Assembly: GCA_004347865.1 (NCBI GenBank)
Contig: QNUZ01000001.1
Location: 1 to 40,482, forward strand
Length of the DNA stretch: 40,482 bases
Direction: 5' to 3'
Origin: Archaeoglobi archaeon
GTDB taxonomy: Archaea; Halobacteriota; Archaeoglobi; Archaeoglobales; Archaeoglobaceae
The translations under genes and the position numbers were made by a program. Positions 1 through 9,729 of this stretch are shown here, piece by piece. Within the stretch, counting starts at the first letter, position 1; every line of letters begins with the position of its first letter. The notes below the pieces were generated by a model. It was not told the DNA's origin. It saw only the letters and a program-made list of their open reading frames with translations, and made no database searches.

Positions 1-123
1 CATGCCTTAACGAGAGGCATGGGATGGGGGAGCTGTGAGCCCCCCGAACCGGCAGATGAGGGGAAGGGTGCAAAGCATCCCTTAACGCCGGAAGCTCCCG
101 ACTTCAGTCGTGGAGCAGCTCAC
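1..123 (+). repeat. Copy A of a dispersed ncRNA-like repeat family (long variant), 5'-truncated by the window edge
   Basis: Bases 1-123 (catgccttaacgagaggcatgggatggggg...ccggcagatgagg...gtcgtggagcagctcac) align with 6513-6612 on the + strand and with 18729-18800 on the - strand. Similarity ends abruptly after agctcac in all copies. Confidence 0.7.
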
Positions 124-170
124 TGCTTTGACGAAAGGTTTATTAAATAAGAGCTTTTTTTTAAAATTAT

Positions 171-566
171 ATGGCGATCGTTGTCGCTCTTGATGAGAAA
201 TCGAAAAGAAGCGAGAGGGTTGTGAATTTTTCTATAGAGGAATCAAAACTGAGGAATGAGAAACTTATATTCATACATTCTCTTTTCGGAGGAGAAAAAA
301 CTACGCAGGAGGAGATAGACAAAGGTGAAGCGCTGCTTCAATGGGCCGGGGAACTTGCAAGGAAGGCCGGTGTTGATTATGAGACAAAGCTGTTGGTCAG
401 GGGCAAGGAACCGGCTGAGGACATAATAGAATTTGCTGACGAGATCAGGGCAAGTCTCATTGTAATAGGGGTTAGGAAGAGGAGACCCGCAGGAAAACTT
501 CTTTTTGGAAGCGTGGCTCAGGAGGTAATACTGTACTCTAGCCAGCCTGTAATTTGTGTGAAATAG
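171..566 (+). CDS. Universal stress protein (UspA family)
   Basis: 131-aa ORF with a typical Usp fold signature (IVVALD...LIFIHS...IIEFADEIRASLIVIGVRKRRP..KLLFGSVAQEVILYSSQPVICV). An AT-rich TATA-like box lies just upstream. Confidence 0.8.
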   Translation: MAIVVALDEKSKRSERVVNFSIEESKLRNEKLIFIHSLFGGEKTTQEEIDKGEALLQWAGELARKAGVDYETKLLVRGKEPAEDIIEFADEIRASLIVIGVRKRRPAGKLLFGSVAQEVILYSSQPVICVK

Positions 567-588
567 TAGAATCAATCCTTTGAGCAGC

Positions 589-1578
589 TCACTCGCTCAA
601 CTTCACCAACCTGTTTCTTGCTTCATCCATGAAGGAATTGAGGTATCTCGCTACAGCCCTTTTTAGATCCAAGGGATGCAGAGACCCGTTCCTGAAGTCC
701 TCCAGAAGAGATTCAAAGCTCTCGTATTCAATGTCCCCACCAAATTTCTGGTCGCGCTCAATTTTGACTTTACCAAAAGCGGGGAAAACGTAGTGCTTTG
801 CTAGGTCTATTATCGGATTTCCTTCTACAACCTTTGGCGGGCAGAAGGCCTTCATAATCTTTCTTTCAACTTCTTCTGGTGAGTCACCTATTGATATATA
901 ATTTCCCTTAGATTTGCTCATTTTCTCCCCGTCGAGTCCTGAGATTATCGGCGTATGGATGCAGATCGGTGCCTTGTAACCGAGGGCCGGCAGATTCTCC
1001 CTTGCGAGCATGTGGATCTTTCTCTGATCTATTCCACCAACCGCCACATCGATCTTCAGGTATGCTATATCTAGCGATTGCATCAGAGGGTAGATCATCT
1101 GCGAAACCATCGGGTCCTCCTTTCTCCTGCTAACTTCATCCATACTCCTCCTTGCCCTGTTAAGAGTTGTGATCCTTGCTAGCTTCAGAACGTCGAGCAT
1201 GTATTCCCTATTTAACTGATAACTGCTTCCGAGAACAAATTGTGCGTTCTTCTCATTCAGTCCGAAGGCTATGAACGTTTTCATGTTCCTCTCTGCAAGC
1301 TTTCTTATCTCTTCGAAAGTCCCTTTCTCGTTTAGATAGGCGTGTATGTCGGCAAGGAGAACAATTACTTCGAATCCGATGCTTTGCAAATCTTTGAGCT
1401 TGTTCACGGTGATCAGATGCCCCAGGTGAATTTCACCGCTGGGTTCGTATCCAACGTAGGCTCTCGGTTTGTCCTTTTCTTCGAGTAATGCTCTGAGTTC
1501 TTCAGTCGTTACGACCTCCTCAGCATTTCTCGTCGCAATTGCAATCTTTTTTTCAAGATCCATGGCGGAAATCTGCAT
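589..1578 (-). CDS. tyrS: Tyrosyl-tRNA synthetase
   Basis: Class I aaRS motifs HLGH (GEIHLGHL) and KMSKS are present, and the length and layout fit archaeal TyrRS. The true start may be the internal ATG at 1563 (MDLEKK). Confidence 0.9.
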   Translation of the reverse strand: MQISAMDLEKKIAIATRNAEEVVTTEELRALLEEKDKPRAYVGYEPSGEIHLGHLITVNKLKDLQSIGFEVIVLLADIHAYLNEKGTFEEIRKLAERNMKTFIAFGLNEKNAQFVLGSSYQLNREYMLDVLKLARITTLNRARRSMDEVSRRKEDPMVSQMIYPLMQSLDIAYLKIDVAVGGIDQRKIHMLARENLPALGYKAPICIHTPIISGLDGEKMSKSKGNYISIGDSPEEVERKIMKAFCPPKVVEGNPIIDLAKHYVFPAFGKVKIERDQKFGGDIEYESFESLLEDFRNGSLHPLDLKRAVARYLNSFMDEARNRLVKLSE

Positions 1579-1710
1579 CGGATTTTTAAACTTCTCTGAA
1601 TTCCCGGTGTAATATTTTTTTATCCATAAAAATCTTTTTTCTTTGAATACGTATTATGAAGCAAAAACTTTATATTTTTGAACTGGATATGTATTTAATA
1701 AGAAGTTAAG

Positions 1711-2999
1711 GTGGTATATATGAATGAGGCATGTATCCTCCACAGAAAGTACGGAGGAAAAATCGAAATTCTACCTAAATGCCCGGTGAGGTCAATTAGC
1801 GATTTTAGCTACTGGTACACTCCGGGAGTTGCAGAACCAAGCATGGAAATTGCTAGAGATCCCGAAAAGGTTTACGAGTACACGAATAAGTGGAACACGG
1901 TTGCAATTATCACTGATGGCTCGAGGGTCTTGGGACTGGGCAACATCGGTGCGATGGCTTCCCTTCCGGTTATGGAAGGAAAAGCGATGATCTTCAAGCT
2001 CCTAGGTGGGGTTGATGCCTTTCCTCTTCCATTGAATGAACAAGATCCGGACAAATTTATAGAGATCGTAAAAAGGGTGACTGCCAGTTTTGGAGGCATA
2101 AACCTCGAGGACATCGCAGCGCCGAAGTGCTTCTACATCCTCGATAGACTGCAGAGAGAACTCGACATTCCAGTCTGGCACGATGACCAGCTGGGGACTG
2201 CTACTGCAACTCTCGCTGCTTTGATAAACGCTCTAAAGCTTGTTGGAAAGTCGATAAATGAGGTCGAAATTGCAGTGATTGGTGCCGGGGCTGCTAATAT
2301 TGCGACAGTTAAGTTGCTGGCGAAGGCTGGTGCAGACTTAAAGAGAATGTTTGTCGTAGACAGCAGGGGAATTCTGAACATGCATAGGAGGATCTTGAAA
2401 CACTAAGGCTCAAAAATCCAGAGAAATACTGGCTTTGCAGAGAAACAAATGCCGAACAGAGAAGCGGAGGGATAGCGGAAGCGATGAAAGGCGTAGATGT
2501 TGTGATTGCAGCAAGCACGGGTGGTGTTATCAAGAGGGAATATATTGCTCAGATGGCAGAGGATCCGATAGTCTTTGCCTTATCAAACCCGGTGCCTGAG
2601 ATCTATCCGCAGGAGGCAAAGGAAGCCGGAGCCAGGATCGTAGGAACTGGTAGGAGCGACTTTCCGAATCAGATAAACAACTCCTTGGTGTTTCCGGGAA
2701 TGTTTAGGGGCGTTTTAAGCGTTAGGGCCAGAAGAATCACAGAAGAGCTTTGCATAACGGCTGCTTACACTCTCGCGAGACTTGCTGACAGCAGGCTGAG
2801 CGAGGATTACATAATCCCAAGAATGACTGAGATCCACGTTTTTCCGGAGGTTGCAACGGCAGTTGGGATGAAGGCAGTAGATCTCGGGCTTGCGCGGCGC
2901 CTCTTCACACCGGATGAGCTGTACGAGCATTCAGCAAGGCTCATCTTCGGAACACATGAAAAGCTGAGGAAGCTAATGGAGCTAGGATATATTAGTTAA
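1711..2999 (+). pseudogene. NAD(P)-dependent malic enzyme (malate dehydrogenase, decarboxylating), reading frame broken near 2386-2391
   Basis: ORF 1711..2406 carries the N-terminal and NAD-binding part (VLGLGNIG..., IAVIGAGAAN). ORF 2484..2999 carries the C-terminal part (SNPVPEI, GRSDFPNQINN). The second frame is open back to 2388 and reads EDLETLRLKNPEKYWLCRETNAEQRSGGIAEAMKG, continuing the family pattern. The two parts are in frames 1 and 3. The likely real start is ATG 1720, preceded by aaggtgg. Confidence 0.8.
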
Positions 3000-3000
3000 A

Positions 3001-4083
3001 TTATAATATTCCCATTTCTGAGAGTTTTTCCGGTAGATAAACGTCCGTTACATAATCCAGGCCGTACTTGGCCAAAGCCTGCTGTTCAGATTTCTTGTTC
3101 AGCTCTAGTTGTAGTTTTACCTCCTTCTTCCAGAAATCTGTGTCGAATCTGGGATCTGTTAGTATGGCATTCAGAGCCTTTATGTCCTCATCGGTAAGCT
3201 TGTCCGATGGCAGATCGTATTTCACGATGTCTGAAGGAGTAACTCCGAGAAACTTCGCTTCTGGTGTCGCAAGATACTCCGAGAGATGCGCTGCCTTTAT
3301 ACTCCCGTAGGCAACGCTTGCATAAATCCTGTAGCTCCACGGATCTCCATCTGTGAAAACAACAACGGGTATTTTGAGCTCTGTATTGAGCCTTCTCAAA
3401 AGCCTCCTCGTGCTTCTCGCGGGCTGCCCCTTTAGATGGACCACTATTGCATTGAATTTCTCGTCAAAACCATTTTCGACCAGTCTGTCCCTCATACCGC
3501 CCGTTTCAATGGCTATTGCGAACTTTGCGTCATGCTCGACGAACTGCAGTTTGTCTACGTTTACTGGGATCTGGTAGCCACCTTCCCCGACATCATCTTG
3601 ACAGTGGATCTCCTTTACGCCCCTTCTTGTTTCTTCTCTGATTCTTATCGGTCCTACGATCGTGGCACCGTCTTCTTCGGGGCGAATGTGGAACTGTTCT
3701 CTCTGGTAACCCGATAGGATTTCGAGATCCTCTATCAGCCTGTCGCTTTCATCCTGCTCGTCGAATTTGGCATATCCCCAGCCTTCTGTAATGTAGTAAA
3801 GTTCTCTGAGCGTCGAGGATTTGTTCACGGCCAGCTGTTCCTTCAGAAAACCTATTACATATGCCATTTTGAGAATTTTGAGCGCTCCTTTAATTGTCTT
3901 TGCTGAAGTTACCGATTTTCTGTCTCCGTAGGTCCAAACACCCGAATCCTCCTTGAACTCTATGTTGTACTTAGTTCTTGTGGAGATCTCAAGTTCAGGA
4001 ACATTTCCAAATTTCATCTGCTCGTAAACGTTCTCAAGTATACCGAGCAAGGCAGAGAGACACCTCTTCTCAACTTCATTCAT
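3001..4083 (-). CDS. top6A: DNA topoisomerase VI subunit A (Spo11 homologue)
   Basis: 360 aa with the LRELYYI catalytic-Tyr region and a Toprim segment [15 protein letters not shown]. Confidence 0.9.
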   Translation of the reverse strand: MNEVEKRCLSALLGILENVYEQMKFGNVPELEISTRTKYNIEFKEDSGVWTYGDRKSVTSAKTIKGALKILKMAYVIGFLKEQLAVNKSSTLRELYYITEGWGYAKFDEQDESDRLIEDLEILSGYQREQFHIRPEEDGATIVGPIRIREETRRGVKEIHCQDDVGEGGYQIPVNVDKLQFVEHDAKFAIAIETGGMRDRLVENGFDEKFNAIVVHLKGQPARSTRRLLRRLNTELKIPVVVFTDGDPWSYRIYASVAYGSIKAAHLSEYLATPEAKFLGVTPSDIVKYDLPSDKLTDEDIKALNAILTDPRFDTDFWKKEVKLQLELNKKSEQQALAKYGLDYVTDVYLPEKLSEMGIL

Positions 4084-4157
4084 AAAGAAAGTCCTTGCAG
4101 AAATTAAAAACGTTTTTCTAGAAGAATTTATATTCGACGCTTTTAGGATAGGGGTAG

Positions 4158-4928
4158 ATGATTCTGCTCACGAACGACGACGGGATATATTCGCAGGGTT
4201 TGAGTGCGGCTTACTCTGCACTGTGCGAGATCGATGAGGTCGTTGTTGTTGCCCCCATAACGCAGATGAGCGGAGTGGGGAGGAGCATATCCATAATGCG
4301 GCCGGTTCGTTTTTTCGAGCTCGAAATAGATGGCATGAGGGTTTATGCGATAGACGGAACACCTACGGATGCTGTGATCATTGGGATATACGAAATCATA
4401 AAGAAGTTGCCAGATCTGACCGTTTGCGGTATTAATCTGGGGGAAAATTTGTCAACAGAAGCCGTAACTACTTCTGGAACCGTCTGTGCGGCTCTTGAAT
4501 CTGCAACCCAAGGAAGTAAAGCAATAGCAATTTCTGTCGAGATGCACGAGCTTCTTAAGTTCGAACTCAGCTGCGAATATGACTTTGGGAATGCGAAGAG
4601 AGTGTTGAAGTGGATTGCAAGGAAAGTGCTCGACAAGGGGCTTCCCGAGGGCGTTGATGTGGTCAACGTAAATGTTCCGAGAAATTTCAACGGGAAAATT
4701 GCGATAACAAGGCTTGCAAAGAAAATGTATCAGACGAAGGTAGAAAAAAGGCTTGATCCGAGGGGAAGGGAGTACTACTGGATTCATGGGGTGGAAGTCG
4801 AAAGCGCTGAGCCTGGAACGGACATACACGCACTCAGAAACGGGTATGTCTCCATTACACCGATATCCTTAAATGCAACTTCGGACTGCGAAGCTTTAAG
4901 GTGCTGGGAAGATGAATGGAAAATATAA
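4158..4928 (+). CDS. surE: 5'/3'-nucleotidase SurE
   Basis: N-terminal [15 protein letters not shown] signature, 256 aa. Confidence 0.9.
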   Translation: MILLTNDDGIYSQGLSAAYSALCEIDEVVVVAPITQMSGVGRSISIMRPVRFFELEIDGMRVYAIDGTPTDAVIIGIYEIIKKLPDLTVCGINLGENLSTEAVTTSGTVCAALESATQGSKAIAISVEMHELLKFELSCEYDFGNAKRVLKWIARKVLDKGLPEGVDVVNVNVPRNFNGKIAITRLAKKMYQTKVEKRLDPRGREYYWIHGVEVESAEPGTDIHALRNGYVSITPISLNATSDCEALRCWEDEWKI

Positions 4929-5580
4929 CGCTTCTAAACTGGCCCTTGGCTTGATAAAGGATGGAATGACTATTGGAATTGGCAGTGGGAGTACTGTTGA
5001 AGTTTTTCTTAACCTTCTGGGGGAGAGGATAAAGAGAGAAGGACTTAGAATTTACGGAATCCCGAGTTCCTATCAGTCAATGCTTGCTGGACTAAAGAAC
5101 GGTATTATTCTAACGGATCTTGTTGAGAGGGAACCAGACATCTGCATTGATGGTGCAGATCAGGTAGATTCAAGACTGAACTGCATTAAGGGTGGTGGAG
5201 CGGCCCTGACAAGGGAAAAAATCTTAGCAATCGCAAGCAAAAAAGTTTTGATACTCGTTGACAAATCTAAGCTGGTTGAAAAGCTTTCAATGCCAGTACC
5301 GGTAGAGGTTCTTCCCTTTGCTTACGGATACGTTGTTAAGAAACTTTCTTCGATCTGCAAACCAAAGTTAAGGGAGGGAAAGGGAAAGGTTGGACCTATA
5401 ATAACAGACAACGGAAACTTCATTCTGGACTGCGATTTTGGGGTAATTGAAAATCCTGAAGCTGTTGAGAAAGAATTGAGGTCGATTGCTGGAGTTGTGG
5501 AGAATGGCATTTTCCTCTCGGAACTAATCGATGCGGTGATTGTGGGTGGCGATTACTCGGCGGAAATCATTAAGAAGTAG
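4912..5580 (+). CDS. rpiA: Ribose-5-phosphate isomerase A
   Basis: Motifs GIGSGSTV, DGADQVD and KGGGAALTREKI; 222 aa. Overlaps the surE end by 17 nt. Confidence 0.9.
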   Translation: MNGKYNASKLALGLIKDGMTIGIGSGSTVEVFLNLLGERIKREGLRIYGIPSSYQSMLAGLKNGIILTDLVEREPDICIDGADQVDSRLNCIKGGGAALTREKILAIASKKVLILVDKSKLVEKLSMPVPVEVLPFAYGYVVKKLSSICKPKLREGKGKVGPIITDNGNFILDCDFGVIENPEAVEKELRSIAGVVENGIFLSELIDAVIVGGDYSAEIIKK

Positions 5581-5619
5581 CCTCTAGGCCAAAAATATAT
5601 ATAGTTTTATGGAGGGTGG

Positions 5620-6003
5620 TTGGACATGAATGAAAGGGCAAAGAAGGTCATTCTTATTGTGGATGACGATTTGGCTCTGCTTGAAGCTCTTGAACTGATG
5701 CTTCGAGGCAAGTATGAGGTTGTGAAGGTGACAAATGGGAAGGAAGCAGTTAAGACTTACAGAAACGTCAGGCCAGATCTTGTGCTTACAGACATCGTGA
5801 TGCCGGAAATGGATGGGATAGAAACAACTAAGGAGATTTTGAAGATCGACCCGAATGCGAAGATAGTCGGCATAACGGCATATTCCCAGAGCAGGGGAAA
5901 GGATTTAATAAACGCGGGTGCGAAGGAGATAATTGAAAAGCCCTTCACTCGAAGGAGGCTAATAGAGGTAATTGAGAAGTATCTACAAAAAGTTCCGGAA
6001 TAA
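5620..6003 (+). CDS. CheY-like receiver-only response regulator
   Basis: ILIVDDD...DLVLTDIVMPEMDG...KPF with no output domain. ATG 5626, preceded by ggagggtgg, is a more likely start than TTG 5620. Confidence 0.85.
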   Translation: MDMNERAKKVILIVDDDLALLEALELMLRGKYEVVKVTNGKEAVKTYRNVRPDLVLTDIVMPEMDGIETTKEILKIDPNAKIVGITAYSQSRGKDLINAGAKEIIEKPFTRRRLIEVIEKYLQKVPE

Positions 6004-6093
6004 GCAGTCGCTCAGCCGTAGCATCACTCTAGTTATCCTTTTGTGGAGTTTTGGGTTCTCTTTCCCGGGGATTTTTAATTTTTAAAAAAGAAG

Positions 6094-6164
6094 TGCGGCC
6101 GCCGGGATTTGAACCCGGGCAACGGGCTCGGGAAGCCCGTGTCCTGCCACTAGACTACGACCGC
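6094..6164 (-). tRNA. tRNA-Gly (anticodon CCC)
   Basis: The reverse complement folds as a cloverleaf by hand: acceptor GCGGTCG/CGGCCGC, anticodon stem CGGGC/GCCCG with loop TTCCCGA, T arm CCGGG-TTCAAAT-CCCGG, discriminator A. CCA is not encoded. A T-run follows on the - strand. Confidence 0.9.
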
Positions 6165-6369
6165 TCCCCCAATCCCGCAGATCTCTTTAACCTGCGGGCC
6201 ATGTTGATGCGGAGCCCCAACTTGAGCACCATGCCCGCATCTGTGGATTTTAATATGGCTCTACTTATTTAAGCTTTTCTCATCCCCGGCCTGGAGGTAG
6301 GGTTCTTAGTTTTAAACTTTGCCACTATCAAAGGACTTTTGATGGGCTCTTTCCGATTCCGGACATTCC

Positions 6370-6612
6370 TGAAAAGTTTTTTATAAAAATGGGTGCCCAG
6401 AAAACCCAGAGCTTTAGCTCTGGGATGAACGGGCAAAGTTAAAATAGTTCTGCGTTGAAGAGGTCTTGGTGATGTTCCCTTGCAGAGGAAAGTCCGGATA
6501 TGCGATATGAATATAGCCTTAACGAGAGGCATGGGATGGGGGAGCTTGGCTTTTGAACCGGCAGATGAGGTTGGCGGCGTAAAGCCCCGAATTTAGTTGT
6601 GGAGCAGCTCAC
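6370..6612 (+). ncRNA. Copy B (full length, long variant) of the dispersed repeat family; candidate promoter-bearing ncRNA, function unknown
   Basis: A BRE/TATA-like gaaaagttttttataaaaat (6371-6390) is followed by gggtgcccagaaaaccc. The first 107 nt (6391-6497) differ from copy C at only 8 positions, with no indel. It contains a perfect hairpin cccagagc-ttta-gctctggg and the 13-mer gaggaaagtccgg (6485-6497). There is no conserved ORF. Confidence 0.55.
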
Positions 6613-6627
6613 GCCGAGACGAGATCT

Positions 6628-6816
6628 ATGCCACTGGTTCCGCACCGCCACTGTATCGTTTGCGGGAAAGCAATTGAACCGGATAAGTATTACTGCAGTG
6701 AAGAATGCGAGCAGAAAATGGAGAGGGAAAGAAAAAGGCAGAGAAATTTCACGATCTTCATGTTCCTGCTGTTGCTGTTAATACTGCTGATCTTCTGGTT
6801 ACCTCTCTTCCGCTAG
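6628..6816 (+). CDS. Small Zn-ribbon membrane protein (DUF2116-like)
   Basis: 62 aa with CIVCG...YCSEEC (CxxC...CxxxC), then a basic stretch and a C-terminal hydrophobic helix. It starts 16 nt after the repeat-copy B boundary. Confidence 0.7.
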   Translation: MPLVPHRHCIVCGKAIEPDKYYCSEECEQKMERERKRQRNFTIFMFLLLLLILLIFWLPLFR

Positions 6817-8162
6817 CTCTCCGGGAACTGCTACTGGGTATCTGCCAGTGAGGCAAGCTACGCAGAAATCCTTTCCCCCCACCCTCTCTAGGGCTTTTAG
6901 TAGCCCCTGTAGGCTCAGATAGCTGAGGCTATCCGACCCGATAATCTCTCTTATCTCTTCAATGGTATGGTTGGATGCAACAAGCTCCTTTCTAGTCTTC
7001 ATGTCGATTCCGAAATAGCAGGGAGCAATTATCGGTGGGCTTCCGACCCTTAAATGGATTTCCTTCGCTCCCGCCTTTCTTATCATGTCGACTATTCTTT
7101 TGGATGTTGTTGCCCGCACAATGCTGTCGTCAACCAGCACTATTCTCTTGTCTCTCACGTTCTCCTTGATTACATTCACCTTTAATTTAACCAAAAGCTC
7201 CCTCAGCTCTTGTTTCGGCATTATGAAAGTTCTGCCAATGTATCTGTTCTTTATCAGGCACTCCATGTAAGGCAGCCCTGACCTCGATGAAAAACCGATT
7301 GCGGCAGTTATTCCGCTGTCTGGAACCGCTGATACAAAGTCGGCGTCAGCCGGCGATTCTTCGGCTAGGACCCTCCCCATTTCTGTTCTTGCCCTGTAGA
7401 CATTGATTCCATCGATGATCGAGTCAGGGCGGGCAAAGTAAATGTACTCAAATATGCAGACGGCTTTCCTTCTGCTTTTTGCAAACCGGATGAATTCCAG
7501 ATTCCCATTGTCCATTATTACTGCCTCTCCTGGCTCGACATCTTTTATGAACCTCCCCTCAAGGGCATCAATTGCGCAGCTTTCGCTACAAACTATGTAG
7601 CCGTCCTCGAGTTCACCCACGCAAAGCGGTCTGAATCCCAGCGGATCCCTGTAGGCCAAGATCCTGTCGTTGATCAGTAAAACACAGGAATGGCTACCGA
7701 CAAGTTTGGAGTTCAGTTCTTGGAGATAATCTCTGTAATCGCCCTCCTTCAGCAGAATCTTTGAAAGTAGCTGCGCTATTATCTCCGAATCGGAGTCCGA
7801 GGTGAAAACGCTCCCCTCATTTTCTAGCTCCCTTCTCAGCTCGGCATGATTAACTAGGTTTCCGTTATGAGCAACCGCAATGGTTCCTATCTTTGATTTC
7901 ACAACAAATGGTTGAGCGTTCTCAAGCCTCGATAAGCCCGTTGTGGAGTATCTGACGTGCCCTATTGCATATTTGGCCGGTATCAAGTCCTCCTTCGTAA
8001 AGACTTCGGAAACAAGACCCATCTGCTTTTTGTACCTAATTGTGTCACTGTAAAAGGCTATGCCGGCGGACTCCTGACCACGATGCTGGAGTGAAAAAAG
8101 CGCATAGTATACCTTTTCTACTGCCGAAAATCTTTCGCTATAAACTCCTGCAATCCCACACA

Positions 8163-8163
<1 letters not shown>
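6799..8163 (-). CDS. purF: Amidophosphoribosyltransferase
   Basis: N-terminal MCGIAGV (Ntn Cys), a PRTase motif VLVDDSIVRATT and C-terminal Cys ligands; 454 aa. Confidence 0.92.
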
Positions 8164-8620
<457 letters not shown>

Positions 8621-8697
8621 TTAAAAGTATCGCTTATTCCTCCAGCCTTTAAACCTTTGCTCAGACATGTTTTAAAACTCGGAGGAAAAATTGTTTT

Positions 8698-9729
8698 GTG
8701 CAGATCGTTGAGGAAAATCTGAGAGATCATGAAGGTGAGATAAAGCTGATTCCCGAAAATTTGGAGGATTTGTGGCATCTCAGGTTCATAATCGAGAAGG
8801 GAGACGTTGTTTTTTCATTGACAAAGAGAGCTAGTCACAGCGATGACAAGCTCAGGGGGGATAAGGAGCTGATCACAGTTCGAATTGGGGTCGAGGTCGA
8901 GAAAGTGGAATTCCACAGATTTGCAAATAGGCTTAGAATAACCGGTAGGATCGTTGGCGGTGTTGAAGAGGCAGGATTTCACACTTTGAACATAGTTGTT
9001 GGAAGAGAGCTCAGTATCCGGAAGAGATGGAAGGATGAGCAGTTGAAGAGATTGAGAAAGGCCGTGGAGAGCTCGAAGAGACCAGAAGTAGTAATACTGA
9101 CAATAGAAGAAGGGGAAGCGATTGCAGGAGCATTGAGAGAATGGGGGATCGAGGAAATTTTTGAAAAAAGGCAAAGTTACGGCAAAGATTACGGTGGAAC
9201 AAGGAATGAGTTTTTTGAGGAACTTTTTGAAGCCTTAAAAAACACTAGTTTCCGTTATCTCGTAATTGCGGGCCCCGGTTTCACAAAGAAAGACTTTTAC
9301 GAGTTCTTGAGACAGAAGAATCTCGATTTGACCAGAAGGACAGTAATTGTGGATACCTCGTCGATTGGAAGGAGAGGATTCATAGAGGTTTTAAAAAGGA
9401 GAGCAATTGATAGGATCATCGGTGAAATAAGACTTGCAGAGGAAGCTGAAGTGGTTGAGAGGCTGCTTGAAGGCATTGCAAAGAATGAAAGGGTAGCTTA
9501 CGGATTGGAGGAGGTTAGGAGGGCAAAAGAGTATGGAGCAATTGAGGTTCTGTTGGTTTCAGATGACTTCCTGCTCACCGAGCGTGAGAAGTGGGATATC
9601 GATAGCTTCATGGAAGATGTTCAGAAGACAGGCGGAAGGGTTTTAATACTCAGCTCGGAATTCGAGCCTGGTGAAATCGTTTCAAGGCTCGGTGGTATTT
9701 GTGCGATCCTCAGATTCGAAGTCCGATAA
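8698..9729 (+). CDS. pelA: Pelota (Dom34 homologue, mRNA surveillance / ribosome rescue)
   Basis: 343 aa with N-terminus IKLIPENLEDLWHLRFIIEKGDVV and an eRF1-like C-terminal domain. GTG start with an upstream ggagg. Confidence 0.88.
   Translation: MQIVEENLRDHEGEIKLIPENLEDLWHLRFIIEKGDVVFSLTKRASHSDDKLRGDKELITVRIGVEVEKVEFHRFANRLRITGRIVGGVEEAGFHTLNIVVGRELSIRKRWKDEQLKRLRKAVESSKRPEVVILTIEEGEAIAGALREWGIEEIFEKRQSYGKDYGGTRNEFFEELFEALKNTSFRYLVIAGPGFTKKDFYEFLRQKNLDLTRRTVIVDTSSIGRRGFIEVLKRRAIDRIIGEIRLAEEAEVVERLLEGIAKNERVAYGLEEVRRAKEYGAIEVLLVSDDFLLTEREKWDIDSFMEDVQKTGGRVLILSSEFEPGEIVSRLGGICAILRFEVR

Noticed and set aside
6051-6272. 73-aa ORF on the + strand.
   Set aside because: It is antisense to, and spans, the tRNA-Gly gene, and shows no protein-like features.
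6485-6497. The 13-mer GAGGAAAGUCCGG, identical to the RNase P RNA CR-I/P4 consensus, with a GAACCGGC 64 nt later that resembles CR-V. I considered calling copy B the RNase P RNA.
   Set aside because: Only 64 nt separate the two P4-like strands, which leaves no room for P5-P12 or the specificity domain, and CR-II/III/IV are absent. The element is not GC-rich as hyperthermophile RNase P RNAs are. It occurs in several copies, and in copy C the motif is mutated (GAGGGAAGUCCGG) with the two P4-like halves fused. The question should still be settled with cmsearch using the archaeal RNase P model.
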